A stretch of DNA of 62,862 nt from NCBI RefSeq assembly GCF_006345805.1, contig NW_021832214.1, positions 1 to 62,862 of the forward strand. The letters run 5' to 3'. This document shows positions 1 through 12,611 of this stretch, piece by piece. The translations under genes and the position numbers were made by a program. Numbering within the stretch: the stretch's first letter is position 1; each line of letters begins with the position of its first letter. The notes beneath the pieces are model-generated. The model did not search any database. It was not told the origin of the DNA and worked only from the letters and a program-made list of their open reading frames with translations. Source of the stretch: Octopus sinensis (taxonomy: Eukaryota).

Positions 1-36
1 ACAATGACGGTATTATCATCCGAAGTTTTGGAACAA

Positions 37-231
37 GGCCAGCGACTTCGGAGAAAAGGGACTAGGTCGGTTATATCGTCCCCAGTGTTCATTCAGTAAG
101 TACTAATTTTATCGAACCTGGAAGGATGAAAGGCAGAGCAAACCTCAACGGAATTTGAACTCAGAACCTAAAGACGAACGAAATGCCGCTAAGCGCTTCG
201 TACGGCGTGCTAACGATTCTACTAGCTCACC
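37..231 (-). mobile_element. tRNA-derived SINE, family A (head GGCGAGCTGGCAGAATCGTTAG; central GTCGACTTTGCCTTTCATCCTTTCGGGGTCGAT domain), diverged copy
   Basis: Reverse complement aligns by eye to the many family-A copies in the window; A-box-like and B-box-like (GAGTTCAAAT) motifs. Confidence 0.8.
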
Positions 232-303
232 ACTGTAATGATAGTGATGATAATGATGATGATGATGATGATGATAACAATAATAATAATAATAATAATA
301 ATA

Positions 304-338
<35 letters not shown>

Positions 339-371
339 TAATAATAATAATATAATAATAATAATAATATA

Positions 372-410
<39 letters not shown>
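232..410. repeat. (TGA)n/(TAA)n microsatellite, 5' flank of Dong-like LINE
   Basis: Direct reading. Confidence 0.95.
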
Positions 411-744
411 CTAAAAGAAATGGAGAAACTTTCAAAATACAAAGACCTGGAAATAGAGGTAACCAGAATGTGGAATCTAAAAACAGAAACAATTCCTATC
501 ATAGTAGGTGCATTAGGCATGATAAAAAAAATATTCAGACAAATACATAACAAAAACACCAGGACTTACAAACACATATAACATACAGAAAAATGCACTA
601 CTAGGCACTGCACACATCCTACGCAGAACACTTTCCATACAATAGCCATCAGAGCATCACAACAAATCACAGCACATACCCAAGGCACACAGAGCTGCGC
701 TCGGTAGTGAAGTGAAAGCACGCTATAAAAATAAAACTACTGAA
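411..744 (+). mobile_element. 5'-truncated R4/Dong-clade non-LTR retrotransposon (end of restriction-like endonuclease domain plus 3' UTR)
   Basis: Translates LKEMEKLSKYKDLEIEVTRMWNLKTETIPIIVGALGMIKK..(frameshift)..LLGTAHILRRTLSIQ* (stop 643-645), homologous to the copy at 58 kb; (TAA)n on both sides. Confidence 0.85.
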
Positions 745-755
745 TAATAATAATA

Positions 756-809
<54 letters not shown>

Positions 810-838
810 TAATAATAATAATAATAAAAATAATAATA

Positions 839-885
<47 letters not shown>

Positions 886-886
886 A
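745..886. repeat. (TAA)n-(TGA)n microsatellite, 3' flank of Dong-like LINE
   Basis: Direct reading. Confidence 0.95.
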
Positions 887-899
887 ATGATTCCATTTA

Positions 900-1336
900 T
901 TTGCCACCATGGCGAAGGAGGAGGGGACAATACAAATACTGACATAAAGTGTGGGGTGTTAACATATAATGAAATGATGATAAAGAAAGGAAAGTAATAA
1001 AAGAAAGTATAACGGTATAGACTGAAAAAGAAGGGACAAATGCATAGCATACAAATGTTAAGAAGAAAGTGGCGGAGAGGATGATTGAGATGTGGCCTTC
1101 CTGATATAGGAAGACCTCTTGGGATAGTCGATGAACCCCACTGTCCAAGATTTCCCTGAAGCCCCAAGTGCAAGTGCCCTCTCCAATTCTTTCTCTCCGT
1201 CTCACAGGTCTACACTTAGAGAGGTACCATCTACACTTGCCATTTTCGCAACTTTCAATAAATTCATTCGAGGACAGCACTCTCCTCTTCACTCTGTTTC
1301 CTTTTCAAATGAAACTTGAAGAACTCAATGAGAGCC
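900..1336 (-). mobile_element. Degraded 3' end of L1/Tx1-like LINE ORF2 plus 3' UTR
   Basis: Frameshifted minus-strand translation ALIEFFKFHLKRK..RVKRRVLSSNEFIES..AKMASVDGTSLSVDL* resembles Tx1-type ORF2 C-termini (recalled, not searched); truncated by the SINE at 1337. Confidence 0.55.
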
Positions 1337-1685
1337 CTACCAACCACATGGTTCCGGGTTTAGTTCCACTGCATGGCAGACTGGGCAAGTGTCTTCTACT
1401 ATAGCCTCGGGCTGACCAAGGCTTTGTGAGTGGATTTGGTTGACAGAAACTGAAAGAAGCCCGTCATATATATGTGTATATATGTATGTGCGTGTTTGTG
1501 TATCTGTGTTTCTCCCCCCAACATCGCTTGACAACCGTAACTTAACATTTCGGCAAAAGAGACCGATAGAATAAATACTAGGCTTACAAGGAATAAGTCC
1601 TGGGATCGATCGAATTGTTCGACGAAAGGCGGTGCTCCAGCATGGCCGCAGTCAAATGATGGAAACAAATAAAAGAATAAAAAGT
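1337..1685 (+). mobile_element. SINE family B (head GGAGTGGCTGTGTGGTAAG, CORE-like CTTGGGCAAGTGTCTT, internal TA/TG microsatellite), 5'-clipped
   Basis: Aligns to copies at 3620, 45957, 51950; 3' end GGTGCTCCAGCATGGCCGCAGTCAAATGA. Confidence 0.85.
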
Positions 1686-2419
1686 AAAGAAAATAGTTTA
1701 ACAACAACAAAGTCTTTGATAATAACACCAGTAACAACAGCCAATCTAGCAACATAAAGAGTAAGAAATACTCCCCAATTAAAGCAAAATATATTGTAGC
1801 TCAAAACTATGATAAAAAGAAATACTTGACGAGAAATATAATATTTTATTAACGGGTCGTGAAAGAAGTCATTAAGCTTTCTAAATTTTAATTAATTAAT
1901 GCGGCTAGTCGAAAAAATTTTTTTTAACTTTTTCTCTTTAGATCTTATTTATATAAAACAAACATCTAATTGATTCTTAGTGTTCGTGTTTTAGTAATTA
2001 AAATAATGTATTCTTCATTGCTAAATAAACAATTGGAGTGGCGAAATTTTTATTTGAACTTTTATAATTAAATTATTATTTCAAAAGGAGATGCACTTCA
2101 GAATCTTGGTTAAGCCGATAAGGGCGTGGAACTACCAGTTGAAAGGTCGCCAGTTCTTATCGTATTGTGTAACCAGAATTGAATCGAGTTGGCCGAAGAC
2201 ACAAAACCCTCAAGTGTCTGTCAGAATCACCATGTTTTCAATATGTTATAATAGGTGTATGTAATTTTGCTTCGAAAGAGGATAGATGCATTATAATGTA
2301 GTGCTTCTCGATACACTATCTGAAGAAAGACGGATGTGACATAAAGACCTACTTTCATTACATGTCTGTTCATTCACAGTTATTCTGAGGTACGTTTGAA
2401 CTGCTAGGTAGTGGTGGAA

Positions 2420-2799
2420 GCACTCCGTCGGTTACGACGATGAGAGTTCCGCTTGATCCGAATCAACGGAACAGCCTGCTCGTGAAATTAACGTGTAAGT
2501 GGCTGAGCACTCCACAAACACGTGTACCCTTAACGTAGTTCTCGGGGATATTCAGCGTGACACAGGGAGTGACAAGGCCGGCCCTTTGAAATACAGGTAC
2601 AACAGAAACAGGAAGTAAGAGTGAGAGAAAGTTATGGTGAAAGAGTACAGCAGGGATCACCACCATCCCCTGCCGGAGCCTCGTGGAGCTTTAGGTGTTT
2701 TCGCTCAATAAACACTCACAACGCCCGGTCTGGGAATCGAAACCGCGATCCTATGACCGCGAGTCCGCTGCCCTAACCACTGGGCCATTGCGCCTCCAC
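2420..2799 (-). mobile_element. SINE, head C (GTGGAGGCGCAATGGCCCAGTGGTTAG) plus tail X (..GTAACCGACGGAGTGC)
   Basis: tRNA-like head with A/B boxes; 13-bp TSD ACTGCTAGGTAGT (2400-2412 / 2798-2810); near-identical to 6863-7240 and 33751-34130. Confidence 0.9.
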
Positions 2800-2904
2800 T
2801 GCTAGGTAGTAAGAACGAGTATTACGAACGTATCGTTATGCATGCCCGTAAATTGCTTATCAGTTGCTCAGCGATGACCAGTTGAGCACGAACATTAATG
2901 GGTG

Positions 2905-3062
2905 ATGTTATGTGCATCTCTGATCACCAGCAGAAGTAGTGGGGGAGCATCATATCCATGTGTTGAGAGGAATTCTTTGGAGGTTTGAATAATTCACCTC
3001 CGGGAACTTGTGTGTTTTGCTCATCATCCTTAAACAGCCCTTATACAGGGACCTTTTGAGTG
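2905..3062. mobile_element. Partial copy of the unclassified repeat seen at 59073-59645 (opposite orientation)
   Basis: Shared TGCATCTCTGATCAC.AGCAGAAGTAGTGGGGGAGCATCATA.CCATGTGTTGAGA..GAATAATTCACCTC. Confidence 0.8.
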
Positions 3063-3138
3063 CATCTTGGGCAACTGTCTTCTACTCTAACTCCGGGCCG
3101 TGAGTGGATTTAGTTGACGGAAACTGAAAGAAGCCCGT

Positions 3139-3140
<2 letters not shown>

Positions 3141-3187
<47 letters not shown>

Positions 3188-3262
3188 TATATATATATAA
3201 TATATATATATATATATACATACATATATATATACATATATATATATATACATACATATATA

Positions 3263-3315
<53 letters not shown>

Positions 3316-3340
3316 AATATATATATACATATATATATAT
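3141..3340. repeat. (TA)n microsatellite inside a split family-B SINE
   Basis: Direct reading; follows GGAAACTGAAAGAAGCCCG of SINE-B. Confidence 0.95.
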
Positions 3341-3344
3341 AAAC

Positions 3345-3535
3345 TTACTTAGAGAAAGGAAAGGAAACGAAACGACGCGAGGGCTGATGAAGGGGAATAT
3401 TCCTTGTATTGTTTGTCTTGTACTCTGTTTTTTCGTTGTTAAAAAAAGTCCGTTTCCATGTTTGTTTTTATGTTTTCGTTTCTCGTTGAGTTCTACGTCT
3501 ATTTGTGGTGTTCTGTACTCATATATATATATGCA
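3345..3535. mobile_element. Probable Penelope-like terminal-repeat fragment inserted in (TA)n
   Basis: Unique block between TA tracts containing CTGATGA followed by a hairpin; no complete ribozyme fold found. Confidence 0.35.
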
Positions 3536-3619
3536 TGTATATATACATGTAGATGTAGGTACGTACATATATGTATGTATGTATGCATATATTTTATTTA
3601 TTAAATTATTATATACACA

Positions 3620-4013
3620 GCAGGAGTGGCTGTGTGGTAAGTAGCTTGCTAACCAACCACATGGCACGTGGCATCTTGGGCAAGTGTCTTCTGCTATAGC
3701 CCCGGGCCGACCAATGCCTTGTGAGTGGATTTGGTAGACGGAAACTGAAAGAAGCCTGTCGTATATGTATATACATATATATATATATGTGTGTGTGTGT
3801 GTTTGTGTGTTTGTCCCCCTAGCATTGCTTGACAACCGATGCTGGTGTGTTTACGTCCCCGTCACTTAGCGGTTCGGCAAAAGAGACCGATAGAATAAGT
3901 ACTGGGCTTACAAAGAATAAGTACCGGGGTCGATTTGCTCGACTAAAGGCGGTGCTCCAGCATGGCCGTAGTCAAATGACTGAAACAAGTAAAGAAAAAG
4001 AGAGTAAAAAGAG
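3620..4013 (+). mobile_element. SINE family B, near full length
   Basis: Head GCAGGAGTGGCTGTGTGG to tail AAACAAGTAAAG. Confidence 0.9.
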
Positions 4014-4084
4014 TATATATATATATATATATATGCATACATACATACATATACATATATATATACATATATATATGTGTGTGT

Positions 4085-4255
4085 GTGTAAGTGTCCTACC
4101 ACCAAATGACAATTGGTGTTGGTTTATTTACATCCCCGAAACTTAACTTTTCGGTATAAGAGACTGATAGGTTAAGTACCAGGCTTTAAAGAAAAGTACT
4201 GCTGGTGCTCCAGCATGGCCGCAGTCTACTGACTGGTACACGTATAAAATAAAGA
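4085..4255 (+). mobile_element. SINE family B 3' half (older copy; probable 5' half at ~3062-3140)
   Basis: Diverged TGACAATTGGTGTTGG..GGTGCTCCAGCATGGCCGCAGTC. Confidence 0.7.
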
Positions 4256-4639
4256 AATAAGTAACATGGAGAATATTAAGCAATCCTCCAGATTGTCGTA
4301 AAATTCGTAAGTTTTTTTACGAGTGTTCAGGGGTTTATCAAACGATCTTTAACAACTGACAGATAAATGGCTTCAAAATAACATTTCTAACACGAGATAT
4401 TAATCTATCCAAATTTCTGTAAATGTTTATTGCTTTAAATCTAATCTCATGGCCATTTTTCAAATCTTGTTGCTCTTTTAATGTAAACCATCTCCCTGTC
4501 TGTCTGTCTGTTGGTCGCCCCCTCTCTCCTCTTTCTGATACTACCTCATGCACAAAAAAACTTGAACCATCGTAAAAGAGACTGATTAGTCGTTTGACCT
4601 GCAAGAAATAGCTACCAAAATCTCACCACTTACTCCCTA

Positions 4640-4708
4640 CGTATAGCCCCGGGTCGACCAATGCCTTGTGAGGATTTGGTAGACGGAAACTGAAAGAAGC
4701 CTGTCGTA

Positions 4709-4785
<77 letters not shown>

Positions 4786-4908
4786 TTGTGTGTCTGTGTT
4801 TGTCCCCCTAGCATTGCTTGACAACCGATGCTGGTGTGTTTACGTCCCCGTCACTTAGCGGTTCGGCAAAAGAGACAGATAGAATAAGTACTGGGCTAAC
4901 AAAGAATA
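4640..4908 (+). mobile_element. SINE family B internal fragment
   Basis: Alignment to family B. Confidence 0.85.
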
Positions 4909-6124
4909 AGGGGGTAAAAGGCATAAAGTAATCGTGGCTGGAATGAATTCAAAACAGGTCTGCATGACTAGGTTTAAACGGAATAAATCAGTAATAACAG
5001 CCACTGCTCTTTTGTGTATTTTCTCTGCCATCCTTCATTCGTACATACTCAAAAGATTCACTTCTGCTACTCATATCAGGCACTTTTTTTTCATTTTTTA
5101 GTCAGGAGGGAAAGCAGTGCCCATGAGATATTACGCAGCTTGTGCAATTGACAGGAAGATGTCCTCAAACCAGAGACCTAGCCCCAAAGTATTCAAGATG
5201 CTGGTAGTATTAAATCTGACGATGGATTTAGTTTATCACCTAAGTACGTCATGGTGGGAATTGAACACAGAACTCAGTGTACCAAAAAAATATTGCAAGG
5301 CACCAGATTCGATCTTCTTATGTTGGTAATATTTGTTCCAATCCCGAAAGGGATGAAGAAGCAAAATTGACTTTAGCGACATTTGAACTGACAGTGTATA
5401 GGTTCGGAGCAAGTGTCACAACGTGTTTTAGCCTACGCTCTAATGATCTGCCAACACACCAACGCGACCCCTGCCTGCGTTTGTTGTTAATTTAGGATTG
5501 TTACATTCTTGTGCAGGAACTGTGTTTCTCTAAGAGGCAAATACTAACCCCCTGCTCACCCACAAATATTAACGAATATTTTGTCTCCACTCCTGCTGTC
5601 TTTATTAATGAGAAAACAAAATAGAGTTGGCATTCAAACCATGTAATTCTTTTTAAAACATATTTGATAAGTTTACGAAGGTAGAGACCATCTTATGTTC
5701 ACACACACTTTTGTTATCATATTTCTCTAATGACACACAGCATTTGTTTAAATATATTTTGAATATAGAAGAATTTAGTAAAATAACTTAGGTGGTGTTT
5801 GAAACATAGATTAACATGAAGTTTTGATAGGTGGTTTCTATTTAGATTATTTTAAATCAAGGAGTTTGTGTCATAAAATTACGGTTAGTCTCAGGTGGGT
5901 TGGTACCAAAATGTTATCTGCCCTTCTCACAGCTTTCCTTCTATGAAAAAAAAAATAGATGATAATGGTCATCGTAAAATTTTTAAGATCTTCCATCACA
6001 CTGTCACTTGTATCTCAATGTGTGACAGGGTAAACCATAAGAGTAAAGCCGCGTGCAAAATACGAATAAGTCAGGCCTTAAAGATGAAGCAGATGGAGAA
6101 ATGGTAACCCGTGAAATCAAAATG

Positions 6125-6427
6125 TTGTTTGTTCCTTCTCGAGCCATACCTGGCTCATAAGAGCCGGTTTCCCGGTTTCCTTGGCGTATAGGTTCCCCAC
6201 CTGAACGGGACGCCGGTCCGTCGCAGGTGAGCTGCAAGATGCAGGAGGAAAGAGTGGGAGAAAGTTGTGGCGAAAGAGTCAGCAGACGTTCGCCATTACC
6301 TTCTGCCGGAGCCGCGTGGAGCTTAGGTGTTACGCTCATAAACACGCATTGCCTGGTCTGAGATTCGAACTCGCGATCCCTCGACCGCGAGTCCGCTGTT
6401 CTAACCACTAGGCCATGTGCCTCCACT
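6125..6427 (-). mobile_element. SINE, C-like head plus tail Y (..CCCGTTCAGGTGGGGAACC..CCGGGAAACCGG..GGCTCGAGAAGGAACAAACAAC)
   Basis: 14-bp TSD GTGAAATCAAAATG (6111-6124 / 6428-6441); tRNA-like head. Confidence 0.9.
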
Positions 6428-6862
6428 GTGAAATCAAAATGAGCCATAACAGAGTCTTTTCGTAGCCGCACGTTTTGCTAGAAATAGAAGCCGAAATTCC
6501 ATTAAACTACATTTTACCGTCTTAAAAGAATAAAGAAATGAAGGACACACTGAATGCTATCTTTTATCTGTAACTTGTTTCAACCATTAGACTTTGTCCA
6601 TACTGGGCTGTTGTCATGAAACACATAAAAGATAAAACATATTTGTTATATTCATGGATGCACCAAAATTGAGAAATAGAACGGAAAAGTCACGGCAAGG
6701 AGACCTTCGGTCAGAGGTCAGCTTGGATAAGATTGTAGAGAGAATGAAAATAATAACAACAACAGTAACAACAAGAATTTAAACAAAAAAGTTTGATCTG
6801 GCGTTACGTTATCGTTTATCGAATTAGATAATTAACCAATGAGAATTGATGGATGGATGGAA

Positions 6863-7240
6863 GCACTCCGTCGGTTACGACGACGAGGGTTCCGCTTGAT
6901 CCGAATCAACGAACAGCCTGCTCGTGAAATTAACGTGTAAGTGGCTGAGCACTCCACAGACACGTGTACCCTTAACGTAGTTCTCGGGGATATTCAGTGT
7001 GACACAGAGAGTGACAAGGCCGGCCCTTTGAAATACAGGTACAACAGAAACAGGAATTAAGAGTGAGAGAAAGTTGTGGTGAAAGAGCACAGCAGGGATC
7101 ACCACCATCCCTGCCGGAGCCTCGTGGAGCTTTAGGTGTTTTCGCTCAATAAACACTCACAACGCCCGGTCTGGGAATCGAAACCGCGATCCCACGAACG
7201 CGATTGCGCTGCCTTAACCACTGGGCCATTGCGCCTCCAC
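6863..7240 (-). mobile_element. SINE, head C plus tail X
   Basis: 13-bp TSD AACCAATGAGAAT (6834-6846 / 7241-7253); short (ATCC)n tail. Confidence 0.9.
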
Positions 7241-7751
7241 AACCAATGAGAATAAAGGTTCATAGAATAAGCATGTACATGTCTGCGGATGTGAGGAGGT
7301 GACTGCATCAGTGCATGAGTGCATGTATATGCATGTGTGTGTATGGGTAAGATGTATATCTATATGTATGCGTGCATGTAAATGTGTCTATATATGTCTG
7401 TTTGTATGTTATCTATCTATCTATATGTATGTAGGTATGTATGTAAGTGCATGTGTATGTGTGTATCAGTGTATTTTATTATGTATCTGTATGACTGCGT
7501 ATCTACGTGTGTGAATACATATACACTCGTGTGTGTGTGTGTGTGTGTGCGTGTGTGTATTTGTGTGATTATGGCGAGTAAATATGTCCTTATATGTATA
7601 TGTATACGTGCGTATGCCCATGTCTAGCCTGTCGCGTGTTTAAGTATGTTTTATATATCTTCAAATCTCTTATGTATTAATTACAGTGAAATGTGTTAGA
7701 ATGTAGCAAATATCTCGGTCTGTCTGTCTTTCTGACCTACCCTCTCTCTCC

Positions 7752-7793
<42 letters not shown>

Positions 7794-7838
7794 GTCTGTC
7801 TGTCTGTCTCTCTCTCTGTCTCTGTCTCTGTCTCTCTG

Positions 7839-7891
<53 letters not shown>

Positions 7892-8214
7892 TTCTATATT
7901 GCATACCATGACTAAACAGACTTAGTCAATTACACCGAATACCCATACCGGGGGTCTCATGTGTATTTTCTCTCAGACAACATGCACTGTAGCCGCTTTG
8001 ACTTTTTCGCTCATTGCCAATGCACCGACAGTAACCTGGCTAATAGATACGGACGACATAGAACTAGAGACCGAGATTGACAGGTAGGGTGGGCAGCAAC
8101 AGAGAAAAAGGGAGGTGTCACGGAGAGAGTGTGAGAGATAGTAAGATAGACTAATTGATTATTAGGTATCCATAAGTTTATTCAACATAATAGTGATGTA
8201 TGTTATACATACGT

Positions 8215-8975
8215 AGTCTCATGCATATTTAGTGTCATACATACATAACTACATACATGAATAACTTCATACATACATGCATACATGCATACATACATAC
8301 ATACATACATACATACATACATACATACATACAAGCATACATACATACATAGATACATGCATGCATACATACATATGTACATACATACACACATACATAC
8401 ATTCATACATACATGCATACATACATGCATACATACATACATACATACATACAGATATATATACACATACATACATACATACATGCATGCATACATACAT
8501 ACATGCATACATGCATACATACATACATACATACATACATGCATGCATACATACATACATACATGCATACATACATACATACATACATACATACAGATAT
8601 ATATACACATGCATACATACATACATACATACATACATGCATGCATACATACATACATGCATACATGCATGCATACATACATACATACATACATACATAC
8701 ATACATGCATACATACATACATACATACATACATGCATGCATACATACATACATACATGCATACATACATACATACATACATACATACGTACATACATGC
8801 ATGCATACATACATACATACATACATACATGCATGCATACATACATACATACATACATGCATGCATACATACATACATACATACATGCATACATGCATAC
8901 ATGCATACATACATACATACATGCATGCATACATACATACATACATACATGCATACATGCATGCATACATACATG
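8215..8975. repeat. ~760-bp (CATA)n/(CATG) tetranucleotide array
   Basis: Direct reading; source of the spurious MYVC/HTYI ORFs. Confidence 0.95.
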
Positions 8976-9199
8976 ATGGCCGTCCACTCGTGACCGAGGA
9001 AGACCATTGCCGACCTTCAGGAACATTGTGCGCTCTAGGACTAACTTATATTTTGAATTTGCGGCTCCGTTGGTGGCTAATGAGCCCTGCTCTTGACAAG
9101 CATACACGACTGCAAACATTGTAGACCAAGCTTTCCCCATTCACTACACATGGAACTATATGCATGAGAACACATACATGAAACAAAACATACAAATAA

Positions 9200-9420
9200 G
9201 TGCATGCACCTAAGGGGTTCCCATGTGGGGTACAAGTCTGGGCGGAAAATCGCCTCACCCGCGAACGCACAACCTAGGGTTTGCTTTTATGGAAGGCCAG
9301 CACTCGCCCATGCATACCAGTCCCCCTTTTCCACGCCACCGATGATATATCCAAAGGAAAGGCAAAGGGGCCGATACAGCTTGGCACCAGTGACGTCATC
9401 ACTTTTAGGAAACAATTTAG
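9200..9420 (-). mobile_element. SINE/LINE tail W fragment (shared with 40698-40998)
   Basis: CGCCCATGCATACCAG..CCACGCCACC..AAAGGCAAAGG matches the reverse complement of the 40.85-kb tail. Confidence 0.6.
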
Positions 9421-9442
9421 CGTTTGGAGTATAGCCTGGATA

Positions 9443-9775
9443 CGGGCAAGTGTCTTCAAGTATAGCCTCAGACGGCCAAAGCCTTTGAGTAGATTTGATA
9501 GACAGAAATTGAAAGAAGCCCGTCGTATATATAGATATATGTATATATATATCTTATTTGTGTCTGTATTTGTCACCCCACCATCACTTGACTGCTGATG
9601 TTGGTGTGTTTGCATCCGCGTTACCCGGTGGTTCGGCATAAGAGACCGATAAAATAAGTACAAGGTTTACAAAGAGTAAGTGTAGTTTTTGACTTCGTAG
9701 GCTAAAAGGTGGTGCTTCAGCATGGCCACAGACAAAATGGCTGGAACAAGTAAAGGAATAAAGGAATAAAGGAAT
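9443..9775 (+). mobile_element. SINE family B, diverged
   Basis: Alignment to family B. Confidence 0.8.
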
Positions 9776-9875
9776 ACACACACACACACACAGATATACT
9801 GCTTTGTGCGTATGAGCTAGTATCATGTGCGTATGTTTGTATTTCTGTGTATGTGTATGGGGAAATTATAGTATA

Positions 9876-10314
9876 CTAGCAGCATAGCCCGGCGTTGCCC
9901 GGGTATGTAAGAGCCCCTAGTAGGCAACGACTAATCCCAATCTAGTCCTTTCTCTCTAGGGAACGAAGGGCATGTGTAGGTTGCAATGTCTTCTCTTCAC
10001 TCGAATACTTCTGTGTATACGATGTTCCTAGCTGTCCCTTTGGGCAATAAAAAGGTCGAGTTGTGTCCTCTAGACAGAAAATGTGTTGCATATAAAAAGC
10101 TTAGATTCTCGACCCCATGTCGAATTTATCGATCTTTTTCAGAACTGGGGGAACTTTTCAAAATTTTCGCTGCGTTAGTTTTGAATTATGACATTGGGAT
10201 ATGTGTGTGTCAAGTTTCATCAGAATCGGTTGAAAGCCGTGGTCAGGGTGAGGGTACAACCTGACAGACACACAGACACACAGACGGACAAACTGCCGTT
10301 TATATATAGAGAGA
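9876..10314 (-). mobile_element. Non-autonomous Helitron (family 2)
   Basis: Minus strand starts A|TC, ends CTAG|T, with subterminal hairpin CCCGGGCAACGCCGGG. Confidence 0.75.
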
Positions 10315-10422
10315 TATTTAAGCATATGGATAGATATACGTGCTGATTAACAATAACCAGATACAGAGGAATGCAAGCTGGCAGACAGCCGTAGAGAGAA
10401 GCGTGCAATCACTGAAGAGGCA

Positions 10423-10472
<50 letters not shown>

Positions 10473-10957
10473 TAGAATGTCTTGAACTAAACGACACAGA
10501 CAGCTAGAAAGACTGTCGTGTACGTGGTGAGGTAGACAAGTAGACAAACAGACAGACAGACAGATATGCAAACTAAGAGATAATCAAATAGACAGATAGA
10601 TATCTATCAGAAAAGAACGTAAGACACTAGTACAAAGCATAATCAGATGTGCAAAAACACAGAAACGAAAAAAAAATAATAATAATAAAAGAAATAAAAA
10701 GCAAATTTAAAAAAAAAAGACATGAAGTGGAAAATGGCTAATTAATGGGAGTCCTATTTCAACTTCCTCTCATTAACTACGAACGCGACTGATGTTAAAC
10801 TCATCAAAAATTATTTAATAAGCCTCAGATTCTTCCTTATCACAGATATTACCATCACATCGCATATCTCTTTTACTTGACCCCAGGAAATCATTATATT
10901 TCGACTAAATTGATTCGACTTGTTATTATTGGTTAGTATGCTTATTTTAATGGTAAT

Positions 10958-10959
<2 letters not shown>

Positions 10960-11047
<88 letters not shown>

Positions 11048-11061
11048 ATATATATATATAG

Positions 11062-11109
<48 letters not shown>

Positions 11110-11152
11110 GTATTGTATGTATGTGTGTATGTATGTATGTATGTATGTATGT
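10960..11152. repeat. (TA)n/(TATG)n microsatellite
   Basis: Direct reading. Confidence 0.95.
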
Positions 11153-12084
11153 GACGGGAAAGAAACTAATACGGCACTGTAGAAATACGGTAAAAGCTTG
11201 GGGAAAAGTCGAAAATAAAATCGATGAATTGAATTAAAATAGAAATAGGATGACTGTTTTAATTACAGTTTCCGATAGATTTATCTCTCACCACACACAT
11301 GTGTATAAGTATGCGTATATATGTTAGGATAGAATTTACTTCGGTAATTATCATATAAATTTCCCTGTTAATAATCGATGAAATATTTATTTTTTCTAAG
11401 TGTGTATCTCAGTACGTATAGCGTATCATATGCAATCGAAGTCGAAACATAGCGAGTGTATTGGCGTTTTGCATTATTAGCGGTGTTTCTGTACGTCCAT
11501 GTGTTTGTTTATGCGTACCTTCATTGCTTTTTATACTGTCTGTTATGATAATTCAAGAGGCAAATATATACGCAAAAGGAATATCTATATTTAGAACCAG
11601 ATCAATACAATACCTGGACCGAATACCTAAATAGAGCAGTGAGAGGATGTCAGATATCTTAGTCATTGAATATTTTTTCCCTTACATCTATTTAGTCGTA
11701 TCGTAGCATGGCTGTATTTGTTTGTCTAAGACGATAGGATACCGAACAACCATCTGAGAGGTTGACGGTTCGTGTTTCAGCTTCTCTGGTGCTGACATCG
11801 GACAAGAAAAAGATAGAGAGAGAGAGAGAATGGGAGAATTAGAGGGAAGGAGAGATGGAGAGATGGAGAGAGAGAGAACGAGAGAAAGCTGAAGGATTAA
11901 CTCTGTATTAAGGTCACCATCAATGATAATTTCAGGGAGAGTTGACTTGCGATCGATATCGATTTTACCTGATGAGAAGTAGTTGAAACAACTGCTTGAT
12001 ATATACATATATATATAAACACATAACACACACTTAGACATATATATGTGTGTGTGTGGGGGGGGGGGGTATGTGTGTGTGCGA

Positions 12085-12405
12085 AAGAGAGTGGCTTAGC
12101 GGTTAGGGCATTCAGTTCACGATCGTATGGTCGAGAGTTCAATTCCCGGGGACGCGTTGTGTCCTTGAACAAGACGCTTTATTTTACGTTACTCCAGTCC
12201 ACTCACCTGGCAAAAATGAGTAGTACCTGTATTTCAAAGGACCAGCCTTTCCACACTGTGTGTCACGCTGAATCTCCCTGAGAACTACGTTAAGGGTACT
12301 CGGGTCTGTGGAGTGCTCAGCCACTTGCACGTTAGTTTCACTAGCAAGCTGTTCAGTTGATTGTATCAGCTGGGACCCTCGTCGTCGTAACCGACGGAGT
12401 GCTCC
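12085..12405 (+). mobile_element. SINE, head D with CORE-like block (TTGTGTCCTTGAACAAGACGCTT..CCAGTCCACTCA) plus tail X
   Basis: tRNA-like head; tail matches head-C SINEs from GTACCTGTATTTCAAAGG onward. Confidence 0.85.
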
Positions 12406-12413
12406 TATATATA

Positions 12414-12468
<55 letters not shown>

Positions 12469-12501
12469 TATATGTATGTAGTATTATGTATAGGCGTGTG
12501 A

Positions 12502-12567
<66 letters not shown>

Positions 12568-12611
12568 ATATATATATATATATATAATATATATATATAT
12601 ATATAATTTCA

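Noticed and set aside
145-1173. ORFs at 145-492, 227-559 and 667-1173
   Set aside because: Antisense read-through of microsatellites, SINE and LINE fragments.
3365-3420. GAAAC..CTGATGA-hairpin as a hammerhead
   Set aside because: Order and spacing are wrong for type I; no stem I or GUH triplet could be assigned.
7976-8030. Plus-strand 54-nt exon candidate
   Set aside because: Weak donor (GTAACC), no recognisable peptide, no partner exons.
8203-9140. Long ORFs of 187-279 aa (MYVC/HTYI repeats)
   Set aside because: Translations of the (CATA)n microsatellite, open in several frames; no coding signal.
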